Source: Eledone cirrhosa | Lineage: Eukaryota | DNA length: 64,000 nucleotides | Assembly (NCBI GenBank): GCA_964016885.1 | Contig: OZ024740.1 | Coordinates: 4,154,001-4,218,000 of the forward strand | Reading direction: 5' to 3' | Position numbers and translations under genes: made by a program | Notes under the pieces: model-generated | The model's input: the letters and a program-made list of their open reading frames with translations, nothing else | Databases searched by the model: none | What the model was told of the DNA's origin: nothing | Shown: piece by piece, positions 15,212-29,674 of the stretch | Layout: each line of letters starts with the position of its first letter | Numbering within the stretch: the first letter of the stretch is position 1

Positions 15212-18200
15212 GTAACAGTTGTAACAACAATATATCTGGGTAGCTGTGGTAACAGTTATAACAACAATATATCTGGGTAGCTGTAATAACAGTTATAACA
15301 ACAATATATCTGGGTAGCTGTAATAACAGTTATAACAACAATATATCTGGGTAGCTGTAATAACAGTTATAACAACAATATATCTGGGTAGCTGTAATAA
15401 CAGTTATAACAACAATATATCTGGGTAGCTGTAATAACAGTTATAACAATATATCTGGGTAGCTGTAATAACAGTTATAACAATATATCTGGGTAGCTGT
15501 AATAACAGTTATAACAATATATCTGGGTAGCTGTGGTAACAGTTATAACAACAATATATCTGGGTACTGTATTAACAGTTATGACAACAATATATCTGGG
15601 TAGCTGTGGAAACAGTTATAACAATATATCTGGGTAGCTGTAATAACAGTTATAACAATATATCTGGGTAGCTGTATTAACAGTTATAACAATATATCTG
15701 GGTAGCTGTGGTAACAGTTGTAACAATATATCTGGGTAGATGTGGTAACAGTTATAACAACAATATATCTGGGTAGCTGTGGTAACAGTTATAACAATAT
15801 ATCTGGGTAGCTGTAATAACAGTTGTAACAACAATATATCTGGGTAGCTGTGGTAACAGTTGTAACAATATATCTGGGTAGCTGTGGTAACAGTTATAAC
15901 AACAATATATCTGGGTAGCTGTGGTAACAGTTATAACAATATATCTGGGTAGCTGTAATAACAGTTGTAACAACAATATATCTGGGTAGCTGTGGTAACA
16001 GTTGTAACAATATATCTGGGTAGCTGTGGTAACAGTTATAACAACAATATATCTGGGTAGCTGTGGTAACAGTTATAACAATATATCTGGGTAGCTGTAA
16101 TAACAGTTATAATAACAATATATCTGGGTAGCTGTAATAACAGTTATAACAACAATATATCTGGGTAGCTGTGGTAACAGTTATAACAATATATCTGGGT
16201 AGCTGTGGTAACAGTTATAACAACAATATATCTGGGTAGCTGTAATAACAGTTGTAACAACAATATATCTGGGTAGCTGTGGTAACAGTTATAACAATAT
16301 ATCTGGGTAGCTGTAATAACAGTTATAACAACAATATATCTGGGTAGCTGTAATAACAGTTATAACAACAATATATCTGGGTAGCTGTAATAACAGTTGT
16401 AACAACAATATATCTGGGTAGCTGTTGTAACAGTTATAACAACAATATATCTGGGTAGCTGTGGTAACAGTTATAACAACAATATATCTGGGTAGCTGTG
16501 GTAACAGTTATAACAACAATATATCTGGGTAGCTGTGGTAACAGTTATAACAATATATCTGGGTAGCTGTGGTAACAGTTATAACAATATATCTGGGTAG
16601 CTGTAATAACAGTTGTAACAACAATATATCTGGGTAGCTGTGGTAACAGTTATAACAACAATATATCTGGGTAGCTGTGGTAACAGTTATAACAACAATA
16701 TATCTGGGTAGCTGTGGTAACAGTTATAACAACAATATATCTGGGTAGCTGTGGTAACAGTTATAACAACAATATATCTGGGTAGCTGTAATAACAGTTA
16801 TAACAACAATATATCTGGGTAGCTATGGTAACAGTTGTAACAACACTATATCTGGGTAGCTGTAATAACAGTTATAACAACAATATATCTGGGTAGCTGT
16901 AATAACAGTTATAACAACAATATATCTGGGTAGCTGTAATAACAGTTATAACAACAATATATCTGGGTAGCTGTAATAACAGTTATAACAATATATCTGG
17001 GTAGCTGTAATAACAGTTATAACAATATATCTGGGTAGCTGTGGTAACAGTTATAACAACAATATATCTGGGTACTGTATTAACAGTTATGACAACAATA
17101 TATCTGGGTAGCTGTGGAAACAGTTATAACAATATATCTGGGTAGCTGTAATAACAGTTATAACAATATATCTGGGTAGCTGTATTAACAGTTATAACAA
17201 TATATCAGGGTAGCTGTGGTAACAGTTGTAACAATATATCTGGGTAGCTGTGGTAACAGTTATAACAACAATATATCTGGGTAGCTGTGGTAACAGTTAT
17301 AACAATATATCTGGGTAGCTGTAATAACAGTTGTAACAACAATATATCTGGGTAGCTGTGGTAACAGTTGTAACAATATATCTGGGTAGCTGTGGTAACA
17401 GTTATAACAACAATATATCTGGGTAGCTGTGGTAACAGTTATAACAATATATCTGGGTAGCTGTAATAACAGTTGTAACAACAATATATCTGGGTAGCTG
17501 TGGTAACAGTTGTAACAATATATCTGGGTAGCTGTGGTAACAGTTATAACAACAATATATCTGGGTAGCTGTGGTAACATTTATAACAATATATCTGGGT
17601 AGCTGTAATAACAGTTATAATAACAATATATCTGGGTAGCTGTAATAACAGTTATAACAACAATATATCTGGGTAGCTGTGGTAACAGTTATAACAATAT
17701 ATCTGGGTAGCTGTGGTAACAGTTATAACAACAATATATCTGGGTAGCTGTAATAACAGTTGTAACAACAATATATCTGGGTAGCTGTGGTAACAGTTGT
17801 AACAACAATATATCTGGGTAGCTGTGGTAACAGTTATAACAACAATATATCTGGGTAGCTGTGGTAACAGTTATAACAGCAATATATCTGGGTAGCTGTG
17901 GTAACAGTTATAACAACAATATATCTGGGTAGCTGTAATAACAGTTATAACAACAATATATCTGGGTAGCTATGGTAACAGTTGTAACAACACTATATCT
18001 GGGTACCTGTAATAACAGTTATAACAGCAATATATCTGGGTAGCTGTGGCAACAGTTATAACAATATATCTGGGTAGCTGTAATAACAGTTATAACAACA
18101 ATATATCTGGGTAGCTGTGGTAACAGTTGTAACAACAATATATCTGGGTAGCTGTGGTAACAGTTATAACAATATATCTGGGTAGCTGTAATAACAGTTA

Positions 18201-21200
18201 TGACAACAATATATCTGGGTAGCTGTGGTAACAGTTATAACAACAATATATCTGGGTAGCTGTGGTAACAGTTATAACAATATATCTGGGTAGCTGTGGT
18301 AACAGTTGTAACAACAATATATCTGGGTAGCCGTGGTAACAGTTGTAACAACAATATATCTGGGTAGCTGTGGTAACAGCTATAACAATATATCTGGGTA
18401 GCTGTGGTAACAGTTATAACAATATATCTGGGTCGCTGTAATAACAGTTATAACAACAATATATCTGGGTAGCTGTGGTAACAGTTATAACAACAATATA
18501 TCTGGGTAGCTGTAATAACAGTTATAACAACAATATATCTGGGTAGCTGTAATAACAGTTATAACAACAATATATCTGGGTAGCTGTGGTAACAGTTGTA
18601 ACAACAATATATCTGGGTAGCTGTGGTAACAGTTGTAACAACAATATATCTGGGTAGCTGTGGTAACAGCTATAACAATATATCTGGGTAGCTGTGGTAA
18701 CAGTTATAATAACAATATATCTGGGTAGCTGTAATAACAGTTGTAACAACAATATATCTGGGTAGCTGTAATAACAGTTATAACAACAATATATCTGGGT
18801 AGCTGTGGTAACAGTTGTAACAACAACATATCTGGGTAGCTATGGTAACAGTTATAACAATATATCTGGGTAGCTGTGGTGACAGTTGTAACAACAATAT
18901 ATCTGGGTAGCTATGGTAACAGTTATAACAACAATATATCTGGGTAGCTGTGGTAACAGTTGTAACAACAATATATCTGGGTAGCTGTGGTAACAGTTGT
19001 AACAACAATATATCTGGTTAGCTGTAATAACAGTTATAACAACAATATATCTGGGTAGCTGTGGTAACAGTTATAACAACAATACATCTGGGTAGCTGTA
19101 ATAACAGTTATAACAACAATATATCTGGGTAGCTGTAATAACAGTTATAACAACAATATATCTGGGTAGCTGTGGTAACAGTTATAACAACAATATATCT
19201 GGGTAGCTGTAATAACAGTTATAACAACAATACATCTGGGTAGCTGTAATAACAGTTATAACAACAATATATCTGGGTAGCTGTGTTAACAGTTGTAACA
19301 ACAATATATCTGGGTAGCTGTGGTAACAGTTGTAACAACAATATATCTGGGTAGCTGTGGTAACAGCTATAACAATATATCTGGGTAGCTGTGGTAACAG
19401 TTATAACAACAATATATCTGGGTAGCTGTAATAACAGTTGTAACAACAATATATCTGGGTAGCTGTAATAACAGTTATAACAACAATATATCTGGGTAGC
19501 TGTGGTAACAGTTGTAACAACAACATATCTGGGTAGCTATGGTAACAGTTATAACAATATATCTGGGTAGCTGTGGTAACAGTTGTAACAACAATATATC
19601 TGGGTAGCTATGGTAACAGTTATAACAACAATATATCTGGGTAGCTGTGGTAACAGTTGTAACAACAATATATCTGGGTAGCTGTGGTAACAGTTGTAAC
19701 AACAATATATCTGGTTAGCTGTAATAACAGTTATAACAACAATATATCTGGGTAGCTGTGGTAACAGTTATAACAACAATACATCTGGGTAGCTGTAATA
19801 ACAGTTATAACAACAATATATCTGGGTAGCTGTAATAACAGTTATAACAACAATATATCTGGGTAGCTGTGGTAACAGTTATAACAACAATATATCTGGG
19901 TAGCTGTAATAACAGTTATAACAACAATACATCTGGGTAGCTGTAATAACAGTTATAACAACAATATATCTGGGTAGCTGTAATAACAGTTATAACAACA
20001 ATATATCTGGGTAGCTGTAATAACAGTTATAACCACAATATATCTGGGTAGCTGTGGTAACAGTTATAACAACAATATATCTGGGTAGCTGTGGTAACAG
20101 TTATAACAACAATATATCTGGGTAGCTGTGGTAACAGTTATAACAATATATCTGGGTAGCTGTAATAACAGTTATAACAACAATATATCTGGGTAGCTGT
20201 GGTAACAGTTATAACAACAATATATCTGGGTAACTGTGGTAACAGTTATAACAACAATATATCTGGGTAGCTGTGGTAACAGTTATAACAACAATATATC
20301 TGGGTAGTTGTGGTAACAGTTATAACAACAATATATCTGGGTAGCTGTGGTAACAGTTGTAACAACAATATATCTGGGTAGCTATGGTAACAGTTATAAC
20401 AATATATCTGGGTAGCTGTGGTAACAGTTGTAACAACAATATATCTGGGTAGCTGTGGTAACAGTTATAACAACAATATATCTGGGTAGCTGTGGTAACA
20501 GTTGTAACAACAATATATCTGGGTAGCTGTAATAACAGTTATAACAACAATATATCTGGGTAGCTATGGTAACAGTTGTAACAACAATATATCTGGGTAG
20601 CTGTAATCACAGTTATAACAATATATCTGAGTAGCTGTGGTAACAGTTATAACAACAATATATCTGGGTAGCTGTGGTAACAGTTATAACAATATATCTG
20701 GGTAGCTGTATTAACAGTTATAACAACAATATATCTGGGTAGCTGTGGTAACAGTTATAACAATATATCTGGGTAGCTGTGATAACAAATATAACAGCAA
20801 TATATCTGGGTAGCTGTGGTAACAGTTGTAACAACAATATATCTGGGTAGCTGTAATAACAGTTATAACAATATATCTGGGTAGCTGTGGTAACAGTTAT
20901 AACAACAATATATCTGGGTAGCTGTGGTAACAGTTGTAACAACAATACATCTGGGTAGCTGTAATAACAGTTATAACAACAATACATCTGGGTAGCTGTA
21001 ATAACAGTTATAACAATATATCTGGGTAGCTGTGGTAACAGTTATAACAATATATCTGGGTAGCTGTGGTAACAGTTATAACAACAATATATCTGGGTAG
21101 CTGTAATAACAGTTATAACAATATATCTGGGTAGCTGTGGTAACAGTTATAACAATATATCTGGGTAGCTGTAATAACAGTTATAACAATATATCTGGGT

Positions 21201-21302
21201 AGCTGTAATAACAGTTATAACAATATATCTGGGTAGCTGTGGTAACAGTTATGACAGCAATATATCTGGGTAGCTGTGGTAACAGTTATCTGGGTAGCTG
21301 TG
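15212..21302. repeat. 37/34-bp tandem satellite, ~170 copies
   Basis: Unit AACAGTTATAAC(AAC)AATATATCTGGGTAGCTGT(GGT/AAT). Block duplications at offsets ~1508 and 697 bp. Confidence 0.98.
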
Positions 21303-22304
21303 GATATAATTCAGTAAATTGAAGCAAAGGAATAAACAAATTATTTTAGTCTAAAGAAAAAATATGTGAGATAGAGAGAAGAAAAGAGAAAACGAAAGAG
21401 AGACAGACAGCTTTAGTATTTATTAATTTAAAGGAAGAGCTGCAAAATGACACAAAATATATATCACATTTTATATTTTATTATATATTATTATATATTA
21501 TTATATATTATTATATTATTTTATATTATATCATATTATACATTATTATATATTATATCACATTATATTATCACATTATATTATGATATTAATTTATATC
21601 ATATACATTATAAATACAATGAAAAATTAAAAGAGGTGTGAAAATTGTGTTAATTTACCTGAATGAAACATGAGTGATATTGTTAACGAGGTAACAGTAG
21701 TAGGTAAGACAAGAAATCACAGCTTCCTGATAATGTTTTCTTCCGTTATTTGAAATATTGTTTTATTTTTTGTTGTTGTTTGTGACTTGTTTTTGTTTCT
21801 TTTTTGCAAGCGTGTGTGTGTGTGTTTTTGTTTTTTCTTTTGATATTTGATCTTTTGTGTAAACTCCAAGAAATATCCAACTCATTTATGTTATAAAAAT
21901 GTCGATAACAACAGTGAGAATACTAGAACATATATTTTACATGTGTGTATATATTACTTATATAGACATACACACATATATAAAGGTATTAATGTAATAT
22001 ATTTATATTACACACACATACACATGATTGCATATGTGAGTGTGAATGTATGTATATATAGTCCCCAAAAGCTAATAATAATAATAGTAGTAACAATGAG
22101 GATGGAAATAATATTACAAATAAATATCTGCTAATTATTTGAGGAATAAATAACGGGTGTAGAAAGTAAGACTTTGTTTGATATTGGAAAGAATTTGTTG
22201 ATAGAAGCCAAGAGATAAAAGAAACTCAAAGAAGAACAACATCAACATCAACAAGCGGGAGAAGAAGCAGAAATAGTAACCCACCAATAATACGAATAAT
22301 ACTA

Positions 22305-22327
22305 ATAATAATAATACCAATAATATA

Positions 22328-22382
<55 letters not shown>

Positions 22383-22445
22383 TTATAATAATAATAATAA
22401 TAAAAATAGATAATAATAATGATGATGCAGATGATGATGATGAAG
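22305..22445. repeat. (AAT)n/(GAT)n microsatellite
   Basis: Directly visible. Confidence 0.9.
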
Positions 22446-22724
22446 CTACTAATAATAGCTAGGATTAATAGAAAGAAGAAATCTGGCTATATGAGAGAAA
22501 GAGGTGCAGTTTGTTCTAAAGCTGATTGGATCGATAGAAATCAATAAATTATTAGAGTAGAGGGTTTGATCAAAATCTGGAAATGTTATTCCACGTGCTG
22601 AGAGCAGAATGGATCAGCAGATTATTAATTCTTAACAAGACACAGAATGAAAGATGAAACAGATTGGACGATAAATATAAATAGAAACATAGAAATAGGA
22701 GGAAACATACCATATATATATATA

Positions 22725-22849
22725 TATGGTTCACGCAAATACACACACACTCGCATATATATATATATATATATATATATGGTTCACGCAAATACACACA
22801 CACTCGCATATATATATATATATATGGTTCACGCAAATACACACACACT

Positions 22850-22942
<93 letters not shown>
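22725..22942. repeat. 3x minisatellite ATGGTTCACGCAAATACACACACACTCGC+(AT)n followed by (AT)n
   Basis: Three copies visible, separated by (AT) runs of different length. Confidence 0.9.
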
Positions 22943-22945
<3 letters not shown>

Positions 22946-22985
22946 ACGGGAGGCTGGACTGGTGTAAATCCTTGAAAGGTTTATT

Positions 22986-23043
22986 ATACTATGATCATTT
23001 CAATGACCGGGTTCCATATGAATCCGGTGATATCATCAGGTAT
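22986..23043 (-). ncRNA. Type I hammerhead ribozyme with palindromic short stem III (Penelope-associated dimer type)
   Basis: Minus strand: auac CUGAUGA u aucaccgg[loop]ccggucau u GAAA ugauca UA guau. Stem I is 4 bp, stem II has a U-U first position and one internal mismatch, stem III is the palindrome AUGAUCAU, and the triplet is AUA. Confidence 0.7.
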
Positions 23044-23210
23044 TCGAAATATAACAAAGGAATATGTAAAAACCAAGGGTCCGAAAAATCAGAGACAGAG
23101 GGGACGACCGACCAACTAGCTGCTTTCACCTCGGCCAGTTGCCCTCAAGTGATGGCTACTCGGTGTGTGTGTGTGTGTGTGTGTATAAGTGTGTGTGTGT
23201 GTGTGTGTGT

Positions 23211-23372
23211 GTAGTAGTAGTAGTAAGGTGTTCGATGCTGCGACAATGGCCAGCAGCGATGTGTGTCAAATGGCTATTAAGATAAGTGTGTGTGTGTGTG
23301 TGTGTGTGTGTAGGGATGGTCAGTAAGAATGTGTCTGAAAGCAATGGGGGGTATTTTAGCATGTCAAAAGAT

Positions 23373-23437
<65 letters not shown>

Positions 23438-23850
23438 GCAGAGTAATTTGTGGTGGCAGGGATGGTCAGTAAGAATGTGTCTGAAAGCAATGGGGGGTAT
23501 TTTAGCATGTCAAAAGATATTTTTCAGCTTTTGTCTTATACGGAGAAGTGCGTGTGTGTGTGTGTGTGTGTATAAGTCTCTTTGTATGTTGATGTACGCG
23601 TGTGTATGTGTTTGTTTATATATGTGTGTGTGTGTGGGTGGACCAGTATTTTTTTCCCCCTGGTAAAATGGTGTACATTATTCGATTTTTTCAGTAAAAT
23701 CGGTTCTCTTAATAGAACATCAAAAATCTTAACAATAAAAGGTGTGAAATGATATTCACTATATATACATACACATACATATATTCACTACATCGCTGCT
23801 GGCCATTGTCGCAGCATCGAACACCTTACTACTACTACTACTACTACACA
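23211..23850. repeat. Inverted repeat pair (~52 bp plus mirrored microsatellites) enclosing a 60-bp direct repeat
   Basis: (GTA)n AGGTGTTCGATGCTGCGACAATGGCCAGCAGCGATGT at 23211-23262 has its reverse complement at 23790-23845. The direct repeat GGGATGGTCAGTAAGAATG...CAAAAGATA occurs at ~23313 and ~23459. Confidence 0.9.
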
Positions 23851-23864
23851 CACACACACACACA

Positions 23865-23909
<45 letters not shown>

Positions 23910-23948
23910 ACACACACACATATTTGTTGTGAAAGAGTCATTTCTCAA

Positions 23949-24176
23949 TCTTGGCGCAAAACCAATTTTTTATTCACATGACCTCTACCGACCAATCAAA
24001 ATTGTTTTGACCAAGAATTTTTGCTGGAGCCACTTTTTTAACATAAAAACAGTCTTGGCGCAAAATCAACTTTTTACATTCACATGACCTCTACCGACCA
24101 ATCAAAATTGTTTTGACCACAAGAATTTTTGCAACACAAAAATAACGCTGGAGCCACTTTTTTAACATAAAAACAG
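23949..24176. repeat. ~104-bp direct tandem duplication
   Basis: TCTTGGCGCAAAA...CATGACCTCTACCGACCAATCAAAATTGTTTTGACC...GCTGGAGCCACTTTTTTAACATAAAAACAG present twice, with short indels. Confidence 0.88.
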
Positions 24177-24450
24177 GTAGAATTCCCAAAACTAATCAGA
24201 TCAGAGCAAACAGCACGGACACTCTATCTCAAAATTATTTTTGAAAAGCATTTAGAAATGCGCAACCGGTAAAAACTTAAAAACTTAAAACCACAACTGA
24301 ATACTAACCCATACAATCACTAATACTCTTTTATTCCTAATTAAACCATTTTTTAACTGTGAACAATTTGTCAGCATTTTCTATTCCGTTTACCAATATA
24401 TAATAACTTGTGTGTTACACCTCTATTCTTTTAACTATATATATATATAT

Positions 24451-24495
<45 letters not shown>

Positions 24496-24520
24496 CATAC
24501 ATACATACATATATATATAT

Positions 24521-26208
<1,688 letters not shown>

Positions 26209-26430
26209 AAGTCAGCAGCCTATGCTATCATTTAAGTTTAGACCTGGTTGCCTTTCGATATGATGGATGGACTACGGAATTCTGGAGTGTTTGAAAAGAA
26301 TAAAAAATCTGGACACTCAGTGATAATGCCAAAGATAAAAACAAATTCACCTCATGCTGCCGGACAAGAATGCAAGGACCCCTCCTCTTTATTTCAGCCG
26401 CGGATGGCTAACATAACACCCTCCCTAACA
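26209..26430 (+). mobile_element. RTE-clade LINE 5' fragment (5'UTR/ORF N-terminus)
   Basis: SGHSVIMPKIKTNSPHAAGQECKDPSSLFQPRMANITP aligns with the N-terminus of the 26513-27259 ORF and with the start of the 45185 element. Confidence 0.85.
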
Positions 26431-27305
26431 TAATCTACCTGGCTGGTGTGTTCCCCTGATCTATAGGTGATCAAATGATTGTCTCGTTTTTTGAAGTTAG
26501 TGTTACAGATAGTTAGGTTATTTGCGTCACAGAATTCCAGGATTCTGGAGCCTTCCTCATTTCTAGTACCAAACCATAGCCTCCATGGATTCCATCATAG
26601 CCGTCACAATGTTGTCCAATGTGACCATTTAGGTCGCCAGCAATAATTATGTAGTCACTGTCGGTTATTTGGGAGGTAGTGAGCATTAACGTCTCATAGA
26701 ATCTGTCTTTTATAATGCCAGGCAGTCCGGATTGGGGTGCGTACGCAGATATTACTGTCACAGTAGTTCTATTGAGGACAAGTCTTATTTTAATTATTCT
26801 ATCGTTCACTCTATTTACGTCTATTATCTTAACTGCCCACTTTTCTGCTACCATGATTCCTACCCCACCCAGCCCATTGTCATTTCCCACCCAGAAAAGC
26901 TTATAGCATCGTTCTTTACCCACAATGAATCTAGCAGACCCGCCCCTCCACCTGGTCTCTTGAGTACAGCAAACATCGACCTCCTTACGTTCAAGCATTT
27001 CTACAACCTCATTAGAGCGGCCTTTTAAGGTGCCTACATTCATGGTACCAACTCTGAAGTTTTGGAGTGCGTTTGGTGGGTGGGGCGCGGGGAGGGGTGA
27101 GGGGGATGGGGTTGGGGTTATGTTGGCCATCCGCGGCCGCAACAAAGAGGAGGGGGCCTTGCCCTTTCGTCCGGCAGCATGAAGTGAATTTGTCGTTATC
27201 TTTGGCATTGTCTTCGAGTGTCCAGATTCTTCAGACTCTCCAGAAATTCCTTGGTCCATCCATCATATCGAAAAGCAACCAGAAGTGATAGCATAGGCCG
27301 TTGAC
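26431..27305 (-). mobile_element. RTE-clade LINE 5' fragment encoding AP endonuclease (frameshifted)
   Basis: EEP motifs VGTMNVGTL, VDVCCTQETRW, GVGI, ISAYAPQ and AGDLNGH. A 1-nt frameshift follows HGGYG, and homology continues through ITYRSG..SQVDY. Confidence 0.93.
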
Positions 27306-27493
27306 ATGTGATTGGTCCAAATAATAATGGGGGAGGGGTATGGGGTAGTTAGCGAGGAGAAGATTATTTAGAACAGTCAGACAGAATTATAGAATAGCAA
27401 TTAAGAAGTAGGATTTGGATTCTGGGCGATTATAGATATATGGATGAATGAACCGAAGGGTGGGGAGGCAAGGAGAAAATGGTATTTTTACAT

Positions 27494-27546
<53 letters not shown>

Positions 27547-27589
27547 ATGTGTAAATATATATATAGTCCCCAAACTTTAATTATAATAA

Positions 27590-27870
27590 TTGTTTCTACT
27601 TTTGGCACAAGGCCAGAAACTATCCCAGTACATTACTGGTATTTATTTTATCGATCCCGTAAGGATGAAAGGCAAAGTTAAACTCGGCGGGATTTGAACT
27701 CAGATCGTAAAGGGACGTAACTATGCTGGAAAGCATGTCCGACCATCCACCGATACTACCAATTCACCGCCCTTTAATTAAAATAATTGTTTCTACTTTT
27801 GGCACAAGGCCAGCAAATACCCAGTACATTACTGGTACTTTATTTTATCGACCCCATAAGGATGAAAGCC
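27590..27870 (-). mobile_element. Two tandem tRNA-derived SINE units (Nin/Deu-type core)
   Basis: A box TGGTAGTATCGG, B box GAGTTCAAATC and core CTTTGCCTTTCATCCTTACGGGATCGATAAAA. Flanked by CTTTAATTATAATAA on both sides (possible TSD). Confidence 0.8.
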
Positions 27871-27930
27871 CCTTTAATTATAATAACAATGAGGAGGAAA
27901 ATAATAATTAATATTATTAATAAATATTTC

Positions 27931-28144
27931 CTAAATATTTGAGGGATAAATAACATATATGTGTGTCTCTCCCTCTCTCTCTATATATATATATACACCC
28001 TCACACACACACTCACATATATACATTATATATACACACACACACACACATATATACATTATATATATATATATACACACACACACATATATACATTATA
28101 TATATACACACACACATATACATACATATTTATATATGTATTTA

Positions 28145-28226
<82 letters not shown>

Positions 28227-28497
28227 GGAAAATGTTTAACCCCGACAGCAGAGCTCAAGCCGTTTCGACGGCTGTTTCTGGACTAGCAAAGAATCTAAGC
28301 AAAGAATCGCTGCTTTCACCCTTAACGGGATCTTCTGAAGATCCCGTTAAGGGTGAAAGCAGCGATTCTTTGCTTAAACTTTAATCTGTTATTTTTATAA
28401 ATATTTGCTCTAGGGTTCTTATATATTTTATATATATTTATCCTTGGTGAGCCCTCTTTGGATTTTAGTCTCCACATTTATTATTATTACTATATAT

Positions 28498-28570
<73 letters not shown>

Positions 28571-28784
28571 TAAATATATATATAAATATGTATGTATATG
28601 TGTGTGTGTATATATATAATGTATATATGTGTGTGTGTGTATATATATATATAATGTATATATGTGTGTGTGTGTGTATATATATAATGTGTATATGTGA
28701 GTGTGTGTGTGTGGGTGTATATATATATATAGAGAGAGAGAGAGACACACACACATATATGTTATTTATCCCTCAAATATTTAG
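27931..28784. repeat. Nested fold-back: ~290-bp inverted duplication around a perfect 40-bp-arm palindrome (28296-28376)
   Basis: CTAAATATTTGAGGGATAAATAACATATAT... has its reverse complement ending at 28784, and the ORF translations mirror each other. The centre is TAAGCAAAGAATCGCTGCTTTCACCCTTAACGGGATCTTC-T-GAAGATCCC...TGCTTA. Confidence 0.92.
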
Positions 28785-29210
28785 AGCACCCTCCACCACT
28801 GCTGATTTTGTCACCCAGGTAACGGAAAGTGTCCACTATTTCTATCAAACCATCTAGGCAGTAGAAGGAGCTAGTATTCTGTGGGCACTTGCTACTTATT
28901 GCACCTGAGCACCGGCCACATATAAAATCTACGTTCTTAGATAGTTGACCTGTGATCCCACTACATCTTTTATGTACCTATAGTTGTATTTGGGACATAG
29001 AATGGGATTTCTACCTACTCCTTTCTTACACAGTGAGCATGGCCATTTCCCAGAGGGCACCTGTGCCCTATTTTCCTTACTACATACTAGAACTTTAGTC
29101 TTAGACAAGTTAACTTTAAGGCCTTTTGATTCTAAGCTATGCTTCCATGTTTGGAATTTCTACTCTAGTTCAGCCATAGATTCAGCTATGAGAGTTAGAT
29201 CATCTTCGCA
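28785..29210 (-). mobile_element. RTE-clade LINE internal RT/PHD fragment
   Basis: Reverse complement is homologous to ~47310-47742 (DDLTLIAES, GLKVNLSKTKVLVC, KWPCSLC...). Contains stop codons. Confidence 0.88.
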
Positions 29211-29267
29211 TATATATATATATATATATAATGTTGTTGGTGGTGTTGTGATGATGTTGGTGGTGTT

Positions 29268-29672
29268 ATAATAATAATAATAATGAAATTATTGTGTAAA
29301 GTGCTCAGGTGCACTACAACTCGTCAAAGGTGCATGTATAGTACATAGAATAATATACAAATGTCAGGGAAGTGAATAGTGTATGAGTTATGATATACAT
29401 GTGTGTATGTGTATGGAGGGGGAACATTAGGTGTAGTGTTGGCGAATCTCGGGAAGCATGGAGGCCTTAAAGGATGCAGTGTCTCGACAGCTAACAACTG
29501 ATGCAGGTAGTTTGTGCCATGGAGGCCTTAAAGGATGCAGTGTCTCGACAGCTAACAACTGATGCAGGTAGTTTGTTCCATGCTTCAGCAACTCTGAGCG
29601 TGAAAAAATGTTTCCGAAAGTCATGGGAACTGTGCTGTTTTCTGACTTTGTGGGCATGTCTACGTGTGTTAG
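29268..29672 (-). mobile_element. CR1-clade LINE 3' end with (TTA)n tail and one 61-bp internal duplication
   Basis: Encodes HDFRKHFFTLRVAEAWNKLPASVVSCRDTASFK...PEIRQHYT*, matching the CR1 C-terminal FF..RV...WN.LP..VV.......FK motif. Homologous to 30958-32345. Confidence 0.88.
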
Positions 29673-29674
29673 AC

